This document shows, one piece after another, positions 36,555 through 46,644 of a stretch of 64,000 nt of DNA; the first letter of the stretch is position 1; every line of letters begins with the position of its first letter. The DNA is from a virus. A program made the translations under genes and the position numbers. The notes under the pieces are model-generated. The model was given only the letters and a program-made list of their open reading frames with translations. It had not been told where the DNA came from and searched no databases. The DNA is taken from the IMG/VR virus record IMGVR_UViG_3300025543_000013, positions 12,475 to 76,474 of that record; one strand, given 5' to 3'.

Positions 36555-38417
36555 ATGGCAGATACAACATTATTTGGGAGACTACGAAGATTATTTGCAA
36601 CAAATGTAATTGTTCGTAATGTCGGTGGTAAAAAACTAAAAATCGCCGATACAGACCAAGTTCAAAAACAGGTTAAATCACACCTTGTTGATAGATATAC
36701 AAAACTACACAACAACTTAGATTTAGTCGGAACAGGTTATTCCACCGTTCATCAAATAATGGCGGCAAGATTGGCATTATTCAAAGATTATGAGTCAATG
36801 GATTCCGACCCAATTATTTCATCAGCGTTGGACATTTATTCAGATGAATCCACTATGAAAGGTGAATACGGAGATGTAATTAAGATTAAATCTGAAAATG
36901 AAAACATTAAAGAAATTCTACATAATTTGTTTTATGATATTATGAATGTTGAGTTCAATTTATGGCCTTGGGTTCGTAATATGGTAAAGTATGGAGATTT
37001 CTTTTTATACTTAGATGTTCAAGAACAATATGGTATTACCAATGTAGTTCCATTATCACCTTATGAAATCATAAGAGCAGAAGGTGAAGACCCAACTAAT
37101 CCTTATTATACAAAATTTTATTTAGAAAGTATTGAAGGAGCACACCCTTACTTCGGACAACAAAGAAGTGGTAAAGGAAAAATAGAATTTGAAAATTTCC
37201 AAATTGCACATTTTAGAATGGCTAATGATAGTAATTTCTTACCTTATGGTAAATCTATGATTGAATCTACTCGTAAAATTTGGAAACAATTAACACTTAT
37301 GGAAGACGCAATGTTAATTCACAGAATTATGAGAGCACCTTCTAAACGAGTATTCAAAATTGATATTGGAAACATTCCACCAAATGAAGTTGACAATTAT
37401 ATGCAAAGAATTATCAACAAGATGAAGAAAACACCATTTGTTGATGAATCAACCGGTGAATATAATTTAAAATACAATATACAAAACTTAACAGAAGATT
37501 TCTTCTTACCGGTTCGTGGTGGAGATTCAGGAACAGAAATCAATGAATTAGGTGGTATTGATTATGATTCAACCGAAGATGTTGAATATCTAAAAAGTAA
37601 ACTTTTAGCATCACTAAGAGTACCGAAAGCATTCTTAGGATTTGATGAAAATGTTGGTGGTAAAGCAACCTTAGCAGCAGAAGATGTTAGATTCGCAAGA
37701 ACCATTGAAAGAATACAAAGAATTATTGTAAGTGAATTAACAAAGATAGCAGTTGTTCACTTGTATTCACAAGGATACACCGACGCAGACTTGGTAAACT
37801 TTGAATTAGAATTAGCAAGTCCTTCAACAATGTATGAACAAGAAAAGATTGAATTATGGGGACAGAAAGTTACATTGGCTCGTGATATGTTGAGTGATAA
37901 AATTCTACCTTATAATTGGATTTATGATAACATTTTTAATTTTTCACAAGAAGAAAAAATTCAAATTGAAAATGAAATCATTGAAGACCAAAAACAAAAA
38001 TTCAGACACTCACAGATTGAAATGGAAGGTAATGACCCAATGAATACCGGTGAGGCAGTAGGAACACCAAGTAGTATGGCAACTATCGGTATCGGTGCAG
38101 AAGACCAAGCAACACCACCCGAAACCGCAGCAGGTTCCATATTCGACCCAATGTATGACGGAGAAGACGACAGACCAGAAGACCAACAAGGTGGTCGTCC
38201 ACAAGAGATGAACCACTATGGAAAAGATAGTGGAGCAAGAGGTCGTGACCCATTAGGGAAACAAACTAAAAACAGACGACCTTTAGCACTCGCTCACTAC
38301 GACGCATTAAAGAAAACAATGGGTAATAAGTCAAAGGACATACTGAACGAAACCAAACAAGTAGATGAATTAAAAGAAGAATATAATGAATATACTAAGG
38401 AAAACGGAGAGAAATAA
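36555..38417 (+). CDS. gp20: Portal protein (T4 gp20-like)
   Basis: EDAMLIHRIMRAP.KRVF.IDIGN.P, EDFFLPVRGG, L.VPK.FL. Confidence 0.95.
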   Translation: MADTTLFGRLRRLFATNVIVRNVGGKKLKIADTDQVQKQVKSHLVDRYTKLHNNLDLVGTGYSTVHQIMAARLALFKDYESMDSDPIISSALDIYSDESTMKGEYGDVIKIKSENENIKEILHNLFYDIMNVEFNLWPWVRNMVKYGDFFLYLDVQEQYGITNVVPLSPYEIIRAEGEDPTNPYYTKFYLESIEGAHPYFGQQRSGKGKIEFENFQIAHFRMANDSNFLPYGKSMIESTRKIWKQLTLMEDAMLIHRIMRAPSKRVFKIDIGNIPPNEVDNYMQRIINKMKKTPFVDESTGEYNLKYNIQNLTEDFFLPVRGGDSGTEINELGGIDYDSTEDVEYLKSKLLASLRVPKAFLGFDENVGGKATLAAEDVRFARTIERIQRIIVSELTKIAVVHLYSQGYTDADLVNFELELASPSTMYEQEKIELWGQKVTLARDMLSDKILPYNWIYDNIFNFSQEEKIQIENEIIEDQKQKFRHSQIEMEGNDPMNTGEAVGTPSSMATIGIGAEDQATPPETAAGSIFDPMYDGEDDRPEDQQGGRPQEMNHYGKDSGARGRDPLGKQTKNRRPLALAHYDALKKTMGNKSKDILNETKQVDELKEEYNEYTKENGEK

Positions 38418-38439
38418 TACCGATTTTTCCTAAGTTTTA

Positions 38440-38447
38440 TATTTATT
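38440..38447 (+). promoter_or_regulatory. Putative late promoter TATTTATT
   Basis: Recurrent intergenic motif. Confidence 0.6.
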
Positions 38448-38481
38448 ATTGATAAAAAACACAAAATACTTTGGAGCTCAA

Positions 38482-39354
38482 ATGTCTTATGTAAAACATA
38501 ATAAGATAAAGAATACAGGTATTCTTTATGAACTTTTATCTCGTCAAATTACTGTTGATGTGATAAATGACACAAAAAATCCTAAGTCAGTTAAATTATT
38601 TAAAGAATTTTTTAATAAAAATACTGAATTAGGTAAAGAATACGAATTATATTCAATCTTATTGAATAAAAAATACAAAAACTTGACTCACGCATCTTCT
38701 TTATTAGAAGCAGTAGTCAAAAGTCGTCGTAAATTGTCAAATCGTCGTTTGGCAAATGAAAAATTCAATCTAATTAAAACAATTAAAGAAAATTACGACA
38801 TCAAAGAATTCTTCAATACAAGAATTCCTAACTTTAAAGTATTGGCATCGGTTTATCGTGTTTTTCAAACAGAAACCGGCAAAGAAGACTTTGGCCCATT
38901 AGCAAAAACAGATTCATCAATCACCATAACTGAACATATTACTCAAACTAAACAAACAAGAGTGAAAAAACAAGTTATGAGTGAATATTCTTCACAAGAA
39001 AAAGATTTAAGATTGTTAAGTTATCAGTTATTAGTGGATAAGTTTAATAAAAAGTATAAGTCTTTAAATGAAAGTCAAAAAAACTTGTTGAAACAATATA
39101 TCAACAATGTATCTAATACAAATTCATTAAAAGAATTTATAGATTCAGAAGTAATCAAAGTCAAGAGAGCTCTAAAGACACTACTTCCAAAGATAGATGA
39201 CAAGATTACAAAAATTAAACTTTCAGAAGCTATTAACTACACAGACGAAGCCACAAAAGGTAAAGTCGTGAAAGATAAACACGTGGTTGCATTGATGAGA
39301 TACTATGAACTTATTAAGGAAATAAAAAATGTCCAATCACGACAAAATAGCTAA
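38482..39354 (+). CDS. Conserved head-module hypothetical protein (prohead core-like)
   Basis: KH.K.KNTGILYELL. Lies between portal and protease. SD GGAG before ATG 38482. Confidence 0.65.
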   Translation: MSYVKHNKIKNTGILYELLSRQITVDVINDTKNPKSVKLFKEFFNKNTELGKEYELYSILLNKKYKNLTHASSLLEAVVKSRRKLSNRRLANEKFNLIKTIKENYDIKEFFNTRIPNFKVLASVYRVFQTETGKEDFGPLAKTDSSITITEHITQTKQTRVKKQVMSEYSSQEKDLRLLSYQLLVDKFNKKYKSLNESQKNLLKQYINNVSNTNSLKEFIDSEVIKVKRALKTLLPKIDDKITKIKLSEAINYTDEATKGKVVKDKHVVALMRYYELIKEIKNVQSRQNS

Positions 39355-40723
39355 ACTCAAAGAAATCATTAGACACTTAGTTGTTCAAGAACTAAGAAAA
39401 GATGATATCGAAGAAGCATCAACAACTGCTTCTGCCGGTGCAGCAAATCCAATGGGAACCGGTATTCATTACGATACACCAAAAGCATTCTCAAGTGGTT
39501 CAGCAGTTGGACACAAAAGTCCAGAAGTCGGTGGATATAAAAAAATCAAAGAAGATAAAGACATTGGTCACCAAGACGACGAACCAGATATGTTGAAATC
39601 TACTGCATTGGAAATCCAAGAGTATGGTAAAAAACTATACGACGCATTAGATAAATACGACAAGATGGAAGACGAAGTTGATTTTCCTAATTGGTGGCAG
39701 TCAAAACTAATCGTTGCAAAAGATTATCTACAAAAAGCATATCATTATTTAAATTCAGAAGAAAAGAAAGACGGAGTTCAAGAATCAATCACCGGTTCAG
39801 ACAGAAAAGAATTACTACAAATCGGTAAAGAAATCAAAGATAACTTGATAAAACATCATTCAGGTCTTAGTGGAAATGAAAGAATGTTGACACAAGCAAT
39901 AGGTTCAACATTTATGTCTATGGGATTTTCACCAGATAACAAAAATTATCAAAACTACAAAAAATACTTTCCAAAAAACTTTAATAGTTCATCAGTTCAA
40001 AAATTAGCTGGTATACTACAAAAGGAAAAAGATACCGTTAGAGCAACATTTTTTAAACAAGTTGTTAAAGAATCAATAAATGAAAAAACATCACCAAACG
40101 AAATGTATGATGATATGGTAAAAACTTTAAACACATCAAATCAAAAAAAGGCATTACAAAGATTAATAGATGAGTTTGAAATCGGTAGAGTTTATTATAT
40201 GTTTTCAACAAATAGACGAGGATTTTTCCAAGCAGTTTTAACCGCAGAAGCATTGATGAAAGCAAAAAATCTAAAAGAAGTCACTCAACAAGAAATTGAT
40301 GCGGTAAACAAACTTGTTAAAAGTTTTGATGTATTACGAAAAGAATATCAAAAAATCACCAACACAGGTGATAAAACACTTAAAGACAAAATATTCAATA
40401 ATTATTATGAATATATCCAAGTGGCTCAAAAAGAAATGGAAAGACTTGCAGGAATTTTAAAAACCAAACAAATGATAGGTGAGGGTCGTTATCACGAATG
40501 GAGAAACGACGAATCCCTAACACCAAAACAAAAGATTGGTCAATCCGTAAAAGAAATTAGAGATTCATTAAACGAATTAGACAAAACAATCAAAATGAAT
40601 TTAAAATTAAAAACAGAATTAAATATGAGTTCTCAAGATTATTGGAAGAACACACACAAAGCACTAACCAAAATTTCTGAAAGGTTAGTTAAAATGGCAA
40701 ACAAAGTAGGAAATTTAAAATAA
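39329..40723 (+). CDS. Modular head-associated protein with internal xxE junctions
   Basis: DIEE|ASTT, KIKE|DKD, VQE|SITG, ESINE|KTS, NLKE|VTQ, MIGE|GRY. Confidence 0.6.
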   Translation: MSNHDKIAKLKEIIRHLVVQELRKDDIEEASTTASAGAANPMGTGIHYDTPKAFSSGSAVGHKSPEVGGYKKIKEDKDIGHQDDEPDMLKSTALEIQEYGKKLYDALDKYDKMEDEVDFPNWWQSKLIVAKDYLQKAYHYLNSEEKKDGVQESITGSDRKELLQIGKEIKDNLIKHHSGLSGNERMLTQAIGSTFMSMGFSPDNKNYQNYKKYFPKNFNSSSVQKLAGILQKEKDTVRATFFKQVVKESINEKTSPNEMYDDMVKTLNTSNQKKALQRLIDEFEIGRVYYMFSTNRRGFFQAVLTAEALMKAKNLKEVTQQEIDAVNKLVKSFDVLRKEYQKITNTGDKTLKDKIFNNYYEYIQVAQKEMERLAGILKTKQMIGEGRYHEWRNDESLTPKQKIGQSVKEIRDSLNELDKTIKMNLKLKTELNMSSQDYWKNTHKALTKISERLVKMANKVGNLK

Positions 40724-41346
40724 TGAAACAAGTTATCGTAGATTACACACCATTTAATGTTTCAGCAACTCAAATCAATGAGTCAATGAAAGAAAACAAC
40801 GGAAAGTTGATTGTAAAAGGTGTATTACAAAGAGCAGAAGCAAAAAATCAAAATGGTAGAGTATATCCAAGAGATATTTTAGTTCGTGAATCTAAAAAAT
40901 ACAACGAAAATTTTGTAAGTCAAAACAGAGCACTCGGTGAATTAGACCACCCAGATAGTTCCGTAGTTAATTTACAAAATGTTTCTCACAATGTCAAGGA
41001 AATGCATTTCGAAGGTGACAATTTAGTCGGAACCGTAGAAATCTTGACAACACCAAGTGGTAATATCTTAAAAGAGCTATTTAGAAATGGTATCAAATTA
41101 GGTATTAGTTCACGAGGATTGGGTAGTGTCGAAATGGTACAAGAAGCCAACGGAGACACCGTATCAAAAGTCGGTGATGACTTTGAATTAATCGCTTTTG
41201 ATTTTGTTTCCAATCCTTCAACTCACGGAGCATTCTTATATCCACAAAAAATGAATGAGTCCGTAGACAACACCTTAACCGGTAGAACTTGTGGAGATTA
41301 TTGTAAGGCAGAAAATATAATTAATTCAATTATTAGAGGCGAATAA
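40723..41346 (+). CDS. gp21: Prohead core protease (T4 gp21-like)
   Basis: NQNGRVYP, ALGELDHP, VSH, GISSRGLGS, FDFVSNPSTHGA. Confidence 0.95.
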   Translation: MKQVIVDYTPFNVSATQINESMKENNGKLIVKGVLQRAEAKNQNGRVYPRDILVRESKKYNENFVSQNRALGELDHPDSSVVNLQNVSHNVKEMHFEGDNLVGTVEILTTPSGNILKELFRNGIKLGISSRGLGSVEMVQEANGDTVSKVGDDFELIAFDFVSNPSTHGAFLYPQKMNESVDNTLTGRTCGDYCKAENIINSIIRGE

Positions 41347-41741
41347 TGGACTTACGAGAATTATCAAAAATCACAACAAGATACACCAATCGTTTAGATG
41401 AAGCAATGAAAATCAAAGGTGCTAATGGTAAAATGGTTGAAGTTCCAAGTGAATACGGAAGAATAATGAGTGGAATCGATAGAGTGATGTCAAAATTTAG
41501 TCCACGAGGAGTTATGTTTGGATATCAAAGATATCACAAACTAAAACCAAATGATGAATATAGTGGTTCAATTATTTTAAAAAATCCGTTATCTAAAAAA
41601 GATACTGATGATGTTATGAAACATCTTAAAAGTGCAGGTAGTTCATTAGGAGTTAAATTTGAAAAAATTACATTTAATCCAGATAGAAATGAACCATTTG
41701 TTGAATTTAGAATAGATGACGATAGTTTAATGGTGAGATAG
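41346..41741 (+). CDS. Hypothetical putative head cargo protein
   Basis: Leader ends RLDE|AMKI, the same junction as in 44098-44535. Confidence 0.6.
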   Translation: MDLRELSKITTRYTNRLDEAMKIKGANGKMVEVPSEYGRIMSGIDRVMSKFSPRGVMFGYQRYHKLKPNDEYSGSIILKNPLSKKDTDDVMKHLKSAGSSLGVKFEKITFNPDRNEPFVEFRIDDDSLMVR

Positions 41742-41744
41742 AAA

Positions 41745-44096
41745 ATGCCAGCCGTTAGTAAAAAACAACAAAAATTTATGGGGATTGTAAGGTCAATCCA
41801 AAAAGGTGAACAACCAGCGTCTAAGTTTTCCAAAGACGCACAAGATGTTGCCAAAGATATGAAAAAGAAAGATGTGAAGAAATTCGCATCAACCAAACAT
41901 AAGGGTTTACCAATGAAAAAAGAACAAATGATAAATCGTTTAAAAGAAATGATTAAACAAGAATTATCAGAATACACTTATGGTGTAGGTGATATCGTTA
42001 AAGATGTCAATCCTTCTTGTTTACATTACGGAGCAATCGGTAAAGTAAAAGAGGTAAATCCAGAATATGTTACTTTTGTCGTGACGAACAACGGAGATAA
42101 TTTTTCCAAAGGACAAACATTAGAAAAATCACACGACCAAATGAAAAAAGTGAATGAAGGTTCAATGGATTGGGAAAAGAAACATTTCCCTTGGGCAAAT
42201 AAAGAAGAACAAATGATGATTGCTAAACTTGTGTTTTCAAATAAAGATGGTATTGATGGTGAAGTAAAACGTCAAAAGAAGAACCCGAGTTCTTATAAAG
42301 ACCACATAAAAAGAATGGTTAAAAAAGGATTACACGAATCAGTAAATGAATCAACTGCCAGAACTGATAAATCAATCGGAACTAAAAACTACAAAGGTGT
42401 AGGTTGGTTCTGGCCAAATGATGGTTGGAAACATTATTTAAGAGATGTTGAAAACGCAGGAAGAAAAGAAGTTCACGACCTTTGGTTAAAAGCAGGATTT
42501 GAAGTTAAAAAAGACAATCGTGGAATTCCACACTTTGACATTAAACCAAATGAAAGAGGAAAGGCAATGGACATTGTTAACAAATTAGACAGGTCAAAAA
42601 AATATAAACACGCTAACGAATCAGTAAACGAAGCAACATTTACACCAATTGATAAAATAAAAGATATTAAAAACTTAGTAAAAAAAGATTTAGTAACATA
42701 TAGAGGTGGTAAAGGAGGTGGTTATGAAATAGCAATTCGTAATAGAAAAGTTCCTGGTTGGCCAATACCACGTGATTTATATTTCACAAAAGATGGTAGA
42801 GTGAATACATCACCAGAAGCACAAAAGACTATTTCCGATACAAGAAGAAAACAATATGCAATAAAACCAATTGCAGTATATAATATACATTCTAATGATT
42901 TAAGGAAATTAAGGCAATTTGGAGACGTTGTAGGATTAGCACCAAACAGGAGAGAATCAGTAGAATCAGTAAACGAAGCAAATCCAAAAGATACTATTGC
43001 AACTATCGATATGGTAAATGCATTATTAAAAATTAAAAGTCCAATGTCAAGACAAACTTTAGACGCACTAAAAATGATGGTTAGACATTATGGACTTGAC
43101 AACATTAAAAAAGAAGTTCAAAGAGATGCCAGAAAATTTTACAAAAGTTTACAAAAAATGGAAAAAGGTTTAAACCAAGACATTGAACTTGAAAGTATCA
43201 TCAAAGAAGATTACTTTGTTCGTGGTGGTGAAGAATTTTCAAAAAACTTTTTAACCGGACTTGATTTAGTTATTTCACAGGCAAATAATTTAAAAGGTCA
43301 ATTATCAAAACATCCAGTTAAAAGAGATGTGAATAAATTAAGAGCAATTCAAACAATTTATAAAAAGTTTTTACAACCATCAATAGATAAACAAACTGAC
43401 CGTTTCAAATCAGTTGATTTAACTAAAGTAAAAAAATATTTACAAGACGGAAAATTTAGAAATGCACTTGAATATGAAATATTAAGTGCACTTTCTACAA
43501 GTAGTTACAATAGTAATTCTTATCGTTTCTTAGATGATAAACAACAAGAATTAGTAAAAAAACTTAGCAGTTCTTTAAAAGATTTAACCAATAAATTAGA
43601 CAAAGCACAATTGGAATCAGTAAATGAAGCAAGTGTATCACAAGTTCGTTCAACTATATCAAGAGTTAAAAAACAATTGATGCAAAAATGGGCTAAAAAA
43701 GGTGGATACGAAAACTTTGGTCAAAAAGAACTTCGTAATTTAAGAGATAAGTTTAAAGAAAATCCTTATGGTAGTCCAGAAGAAAGAAAGATTTCAGATA
43801 TGTTAAGTGCATTTGATAATTGGGCTATGAATTATAGTGGTGATATGAGAGAAACAGTAATTAAAGAAGCCGGTGGTGTAGAAAAGATTTTAGATATGGC
43901 AAGAAATAATTCATATGGAAAACTTGGTGGACAAACCGTTGATGGTCTGACTGCAAATTTATTTAAAGCAGTTTACGATAGAGCACCACAAGACGCAAAA
44001 GATAAAGTTAATAAAATGAACGAAAGAGAATTAATCAGATTTATGGGTAATTTATGGAATAAGTTCGGTAAAAACGTTACTTTGAGGAGTAGTTAA
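41745..44096 (+). CDS. ESVNE-punctuated polyprotein (N-terminal DUF3008-like and KOW-like modules plus several unrelated modules)
   Basis: MPAVSKKQQKFMG...FASTKHKGLP. Four ESVNE sites plus ELSE, KVNE, IIKE and VIKE junctions. Confidence 0.75.
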   Translation: MPAVSKKQQKFMGIVRSIQKGEQPASKFSKDAQDVAKDMKKKDVKKFASTKHKGLPMKKEQMINRLKEMIKQELSEYTYGVGDIVKDVNPSCLHYGAIGKVKEVNPEYVTFVVTNNGDNFSKGQTLEKSHDQMKKVNEGSMDWEKKHFPWANKEEQMMIAKLVFSNKDGIDGEVKRQKKNPSSYKDHIKRMVKKGLHESVNESTARTDKSIGTKNYKGVGWFWPNDGWKHYLRDVENAGRKEVHDLWLKAGFEVKKDNRGIPHFDIKPNERGKAMDIVNKLDRSKKYKHANESVNEATFTPIDKIKDIKNLVKKDLVTYRGGKGGGYEIAIRNRKVPGWPIPRDLYFTKDGRVNTSPEAQKTISDTRRKQYAIKPIAVYNIHSNDLRKLRQFGDVVGLAPNRRESVESVNEANPKDTIATIDMVNALLKIKSPMSRQTLDALKMMVRHYGLDNIKKEVQRDARKFYKSLQKMEKGLNQDIELESIIKEDYFVRGGEEFSKNFLTGLDLVISQANNLKGQLSKHPVKRDVNKLRAIQTIYKKFLQPSIDKQTDRFKSVDLTKVKKYLQDGKFRNALEYEILSALSTSSYNSNSYRFLDDKQQELVKKLSSSLKDLTNKLDKAQLESVNEASVSQVRSTISRVKKQLMQKWAKKGGYENFGQKELRNLRDKFKENPYGSPEERKISDMLSAFDNWAMNYSGDMRETVIKEAGGVEKILDMARNNSYGKLGGQTVDGLTANLFKAVYDRAPQDAKDKVNKMNERELIRFMGNLWNKFGKNVTLRSS
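42336..43631 (+). repeat. Dispersed in-frame direct repeat GAATCAGTAAAYGAA(GCA) encoding ESVNE(A)
   Basis: Copies at 42336, 42618, 42963 (with a partial tandem copy at 42954) and 43614. Variant GAATCAATAAATGAA near 40070. Confidence 0.9.
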
Positions 44097-44097
44097 A

Positions 44098-44535
44098 ATG
44101 GATAAAAAATTAGCAATGAAAATAAGTGATTCTTGGAAAGACTTTCGTTTAAATTCTTTAACAGAAGCAATGAAAATTTTCCCAGCTGGAGCACAACACG
44201 GATTTGATTTAACAGATTTCAAACCAAGAGGATTTGAAAAGTTTTTAACTGCATTAGGTATTCCTAAAGTGGCAAAAGGTTCATCAACCGGAGTAAGTTG
44301 GTCTGCAGGAAATAATTTTTATTGGAGAAACAAAGATATTATTATCATTACTGCAAACAATCCAATTACAGGTCAATATTATGCACCAGACAGAAGAAGT
44401 CCAGAAAAGAATTACGCATCATATGTGGGAATTGAAACAAAAAATCCAGATGATATGGAAAGAGTGGTTAAATTATTTAAACAACACACATCTTATCGTA
44501 AAGGTGAATCAAAAGGTAGAAGGGATTTTGTATAA
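44098..44535 (+). CDS. Hypothetical putative head cargo protein
   Basis: Leader ends SLTE|AMKI. Confidence 0.6.
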   Translation: MDKKLAMKISDSWKDFRLNSLTEAMKIFPAGAQHGFDLTDFKPRGFEKFLTALGIPKVAKGSSTGVSWSAGNNFYWRNKDIIIITANNPITGQYYAPDRRSPEKNYASYVGIETKNPDDMERVVKLFKQHTSYRKGESKGRRDFV

Positions 44536-45587
44536 TGATTAAAATTAAAGATATCATTAAAGAACATAAAATCATAATGACTGAGGCATTTGCATCAGGT
44601 AAACTTCGTGCATTGACAAACAATTGGAGGTCAAACGATTCAGACTTTTGGGCATACGGAGCAAAACTTGGTATCGAGTGGGACAAAATCACAGACCAAG
44701 AAATCAAAACCAATACCAAACCACTTAAAAAAGGAATTGAACTTGTTTATGTTGATAAAGATGTTTCAGTTCCACAAAAAGGTAACACAGGAAATTGGGG
44801 TAGATATGATATCGGTATTGACAAGTTTACATTGATTAGTGTGTTGAAAGACGGAAAACCACTTTGGTATACAAAAAGTTGGAAACCATTAACCAATGTA
44901 ATGACTGCAACCGGTAAATCAACTAAAACAAGTCGTTATGGTAGAACAACAAGTAGAGTTCCAGATATAGACGCAGGTTCAAGAGATTGGTCAAAAAATA
45001 GACAATTTGGATTAAATATGACCGGATATCAATCATTAGCAGGTATGATGTCAATACCAGGAGTTAAATTCCATCACATTGATTTATCAGAAGACCAACC
45101 TTATATGGGGGCTGGTATCAAACGACAAATGAGACAAGCAGCTCAATTCGGTGCAGCAAAATTCACCACTAATGATGAATTTGCAAGAATTAACAGACAA
45201 TACTTTGACGAATTGTTAAAAGCAAGATTAAACGACCCTAAAAAATTAGCACAAAAAGTAAAACAAGCAGCTGATTTTTGTCAACAAATTATTGACGCAG
45301 CACTTGGTGGTGTTACAGCAACAGGTAAAGTAAAAAGTATTATTGACAAATTTCAGTCCAATAGAACAACTGCAACACAAGAGGCAGACGCTTATGCATT
45401 GGCATCAGAGGTAGGTGATGAATTAAGTAGATTGTATAGATATTATGGATATTATTTAGAAGCAATCCAAAAAGAAAAAGAAGATAAAATTAAATACGGA
45501 ACAGCAGACTTCACAAAAGATGAAGCTGAAGGCCACGCAAAAGATGTTCAACAATATTACAATTATATTATGGGAGGAAAATTCTAA
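44535..45587 (+). CDS. Hypothetical protein with MIKIKDIIKE tag
   Basis: Shared N-terminal tag, second site IMTE|AF. Confidence 0.7.
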   Translation: MIKIKDIIKEHKIIMTEAFASGKLRALTNNWRSNDSDFWAYGAKLGIEWDKITDQEIKTNTKPLKKGIELVYVDKDVSVPQKGNTGNWGRYDIGIDKFTLISVLKDGKPLWYTKSWKPLTNVMTATGKSTKTSRYGRTTSRVPDIDAGSRDWSKNRQFGLNMTGYQSLAGMMSIPGVKFHHIDLSEDQPYMGAGIKRQMRQAAQFGAAKFTTNDEFARINRQYFDELLKARLNDPKKLAQKVKQAADFCQQIIDAALGGVTATGKVKSIIDKFQSNRTTATQEADAYALASEVGDELSRLYRYYGYYLEAIQKEKEDKIKYGTADFTKDEAEGHAKDVQQYYNYIMGGKF

Positions 45588-45850
45588 TGATTAAATTAAA
45601 AAACATATTAACAGAAAATGATTTAACTTTTGTTTCAAAAATAATCGGTAAACCAGTTCGTGATATCGAAAGATTTCTTGACAAGAATAAAAAATTTCGT
45701 TCGGGTCAATTATACGATTATCTTGACTTAGCTTACGATAATCAAGAAAGAAAAGAACGTGGAGAAGAAATTGTTAAGGCGATGAAAGGTGATAGTAAAG
45801 CACTTAAAGAATTAAATAGATTATTAAAATATTTTGGTAAAGATTACTGA
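45587..45850 (+). CDS. Small protein with MIKLKNILTE tag
   Basis: Shared N-terminal tag. Confidence 0.7.
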   Translation: MIKLKNILTENDLTFVSKIIGKPVRDIERFLDKNKKFRSGQLYDYLDLAYDNQERKERGEEIVKAMKGDSKALKELNRLLKYFGKDY

Positions 45851-45852
45851 TA

Positions 45853-46107
45853 ATGATTAAATTAAAAAACATATTATCCGAACAAGACAACACCATTGAT
45901 AAAAAAGAATGGGAAAAAGTCAGCACAACCATTTATGACGGAATGGATACTTTGTTTTTTAAAGGTGTTAAGTATTTAAGAGATTACGATAGGTCAAACT
46001 TACCACCAAAAGAAAAAAGAATGTTAACTGACTTTTTCAATGATTTCTCAGCACTTCAAAGAAGATTTGGAAAAATAGAAAGAGAAATTGACAGGTATGC
46101 AAAATGA
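45853..46107 (+). CDS. Small protein with MIKLKNILSE tag
   Basis: The first 24 nt are identical to 45587-45610; the rest is unrelated. Confidence 0.7.
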   Translation: MIKLKNILSEQDNTIDKKEWEKVSTTIYDGMDTLFFKGVKYLRDYDRSNLPPKEKRMLTDFFNDFSALQRRFGKIEREIDRYAK

Positions 46108-46619
46108 TTAAATTAAAATCTATATTACAAGAAGAAATGAATCCAAGAGACAAACGAGAGTTTGAAGCAGCAGCTCGTGGTATCGAAACTAATTTAGAAT
46201 ACATCAAAGAAGAAGTCACAAGACTTGTCAAACTACTCAATAAAGAAGGTATGAGAAAGTCAGCAAACGAACTTCAAATATCATACAAAAGACGAGTATT
46301 AGAATTTGGATTAGATGTAAAAAACATTACAAGACAACACATTGGAGAAGCAACAACAGGATTTACAGACGCAGGTAGAGGATATCAAAACAAAGAAACT
46401 CAAACCTTTTCAGTAAACGCAGTTAAAGACGCAAGTAAACAAGTTGGTAAATTACAACAAAGTGTTGTTGGACAATTTATCAAAGATATCAATCAGAAAA
46501 AATATGATGCTATGGACTTGGTTCGTGCAATCAAAACCACACCATTGGGTGACGCATCATTTAGTAAAAAAGATTTTTTTATGTCTTTGTTTGATTTGAT
46601 TAAAAAACGAACAAGATGA
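46104..46619 (+). CDS. Two-module protein with MIKLKSILQE tag
   Basis: Shared tag, internal HIGE|ATT junction. Confidence 0.7.
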   Translation: MIKLKSILQEEMNPRDKREFEAAARGIETNLEYIKEEVTRLVKLLNKEGMRKSANELQISYKRRVLEFGLDVKNITRQHIGEATTGFTDAGRGYQNKETQTFSVNAVKDASKQVGKLQQSVVGQFIKDINQKKYDAMDLVRAIKTTPLGDASFSKKDFFMSLFDLIKKRTR

Positions 46620-46627
46620 TATTTATA
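46620..46627 (+). promoter_or_regulatory. Putative late promoter TATTTATA
   Basis: Recurrent intergenic motif. Confidence 0.6.
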
Positions 46628-46644
46628 TACAAGGAGAAAACAAA

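Noticed and set aside
34970-38417. Introns or inteins in terminase or portal
   Set aside because: Both ORFs are continuous and of normal length, with no Hint or homing endonuclease motifs.
42336-43631. ESVNE DNA repeats as a CRISPR array or attC-type sites
   Set aside because: They are only 15-18 bp, irregularly spaced by 280-650 bp, in frame within an ORF and non-palindromic, with no cas or integrase gene in the window.
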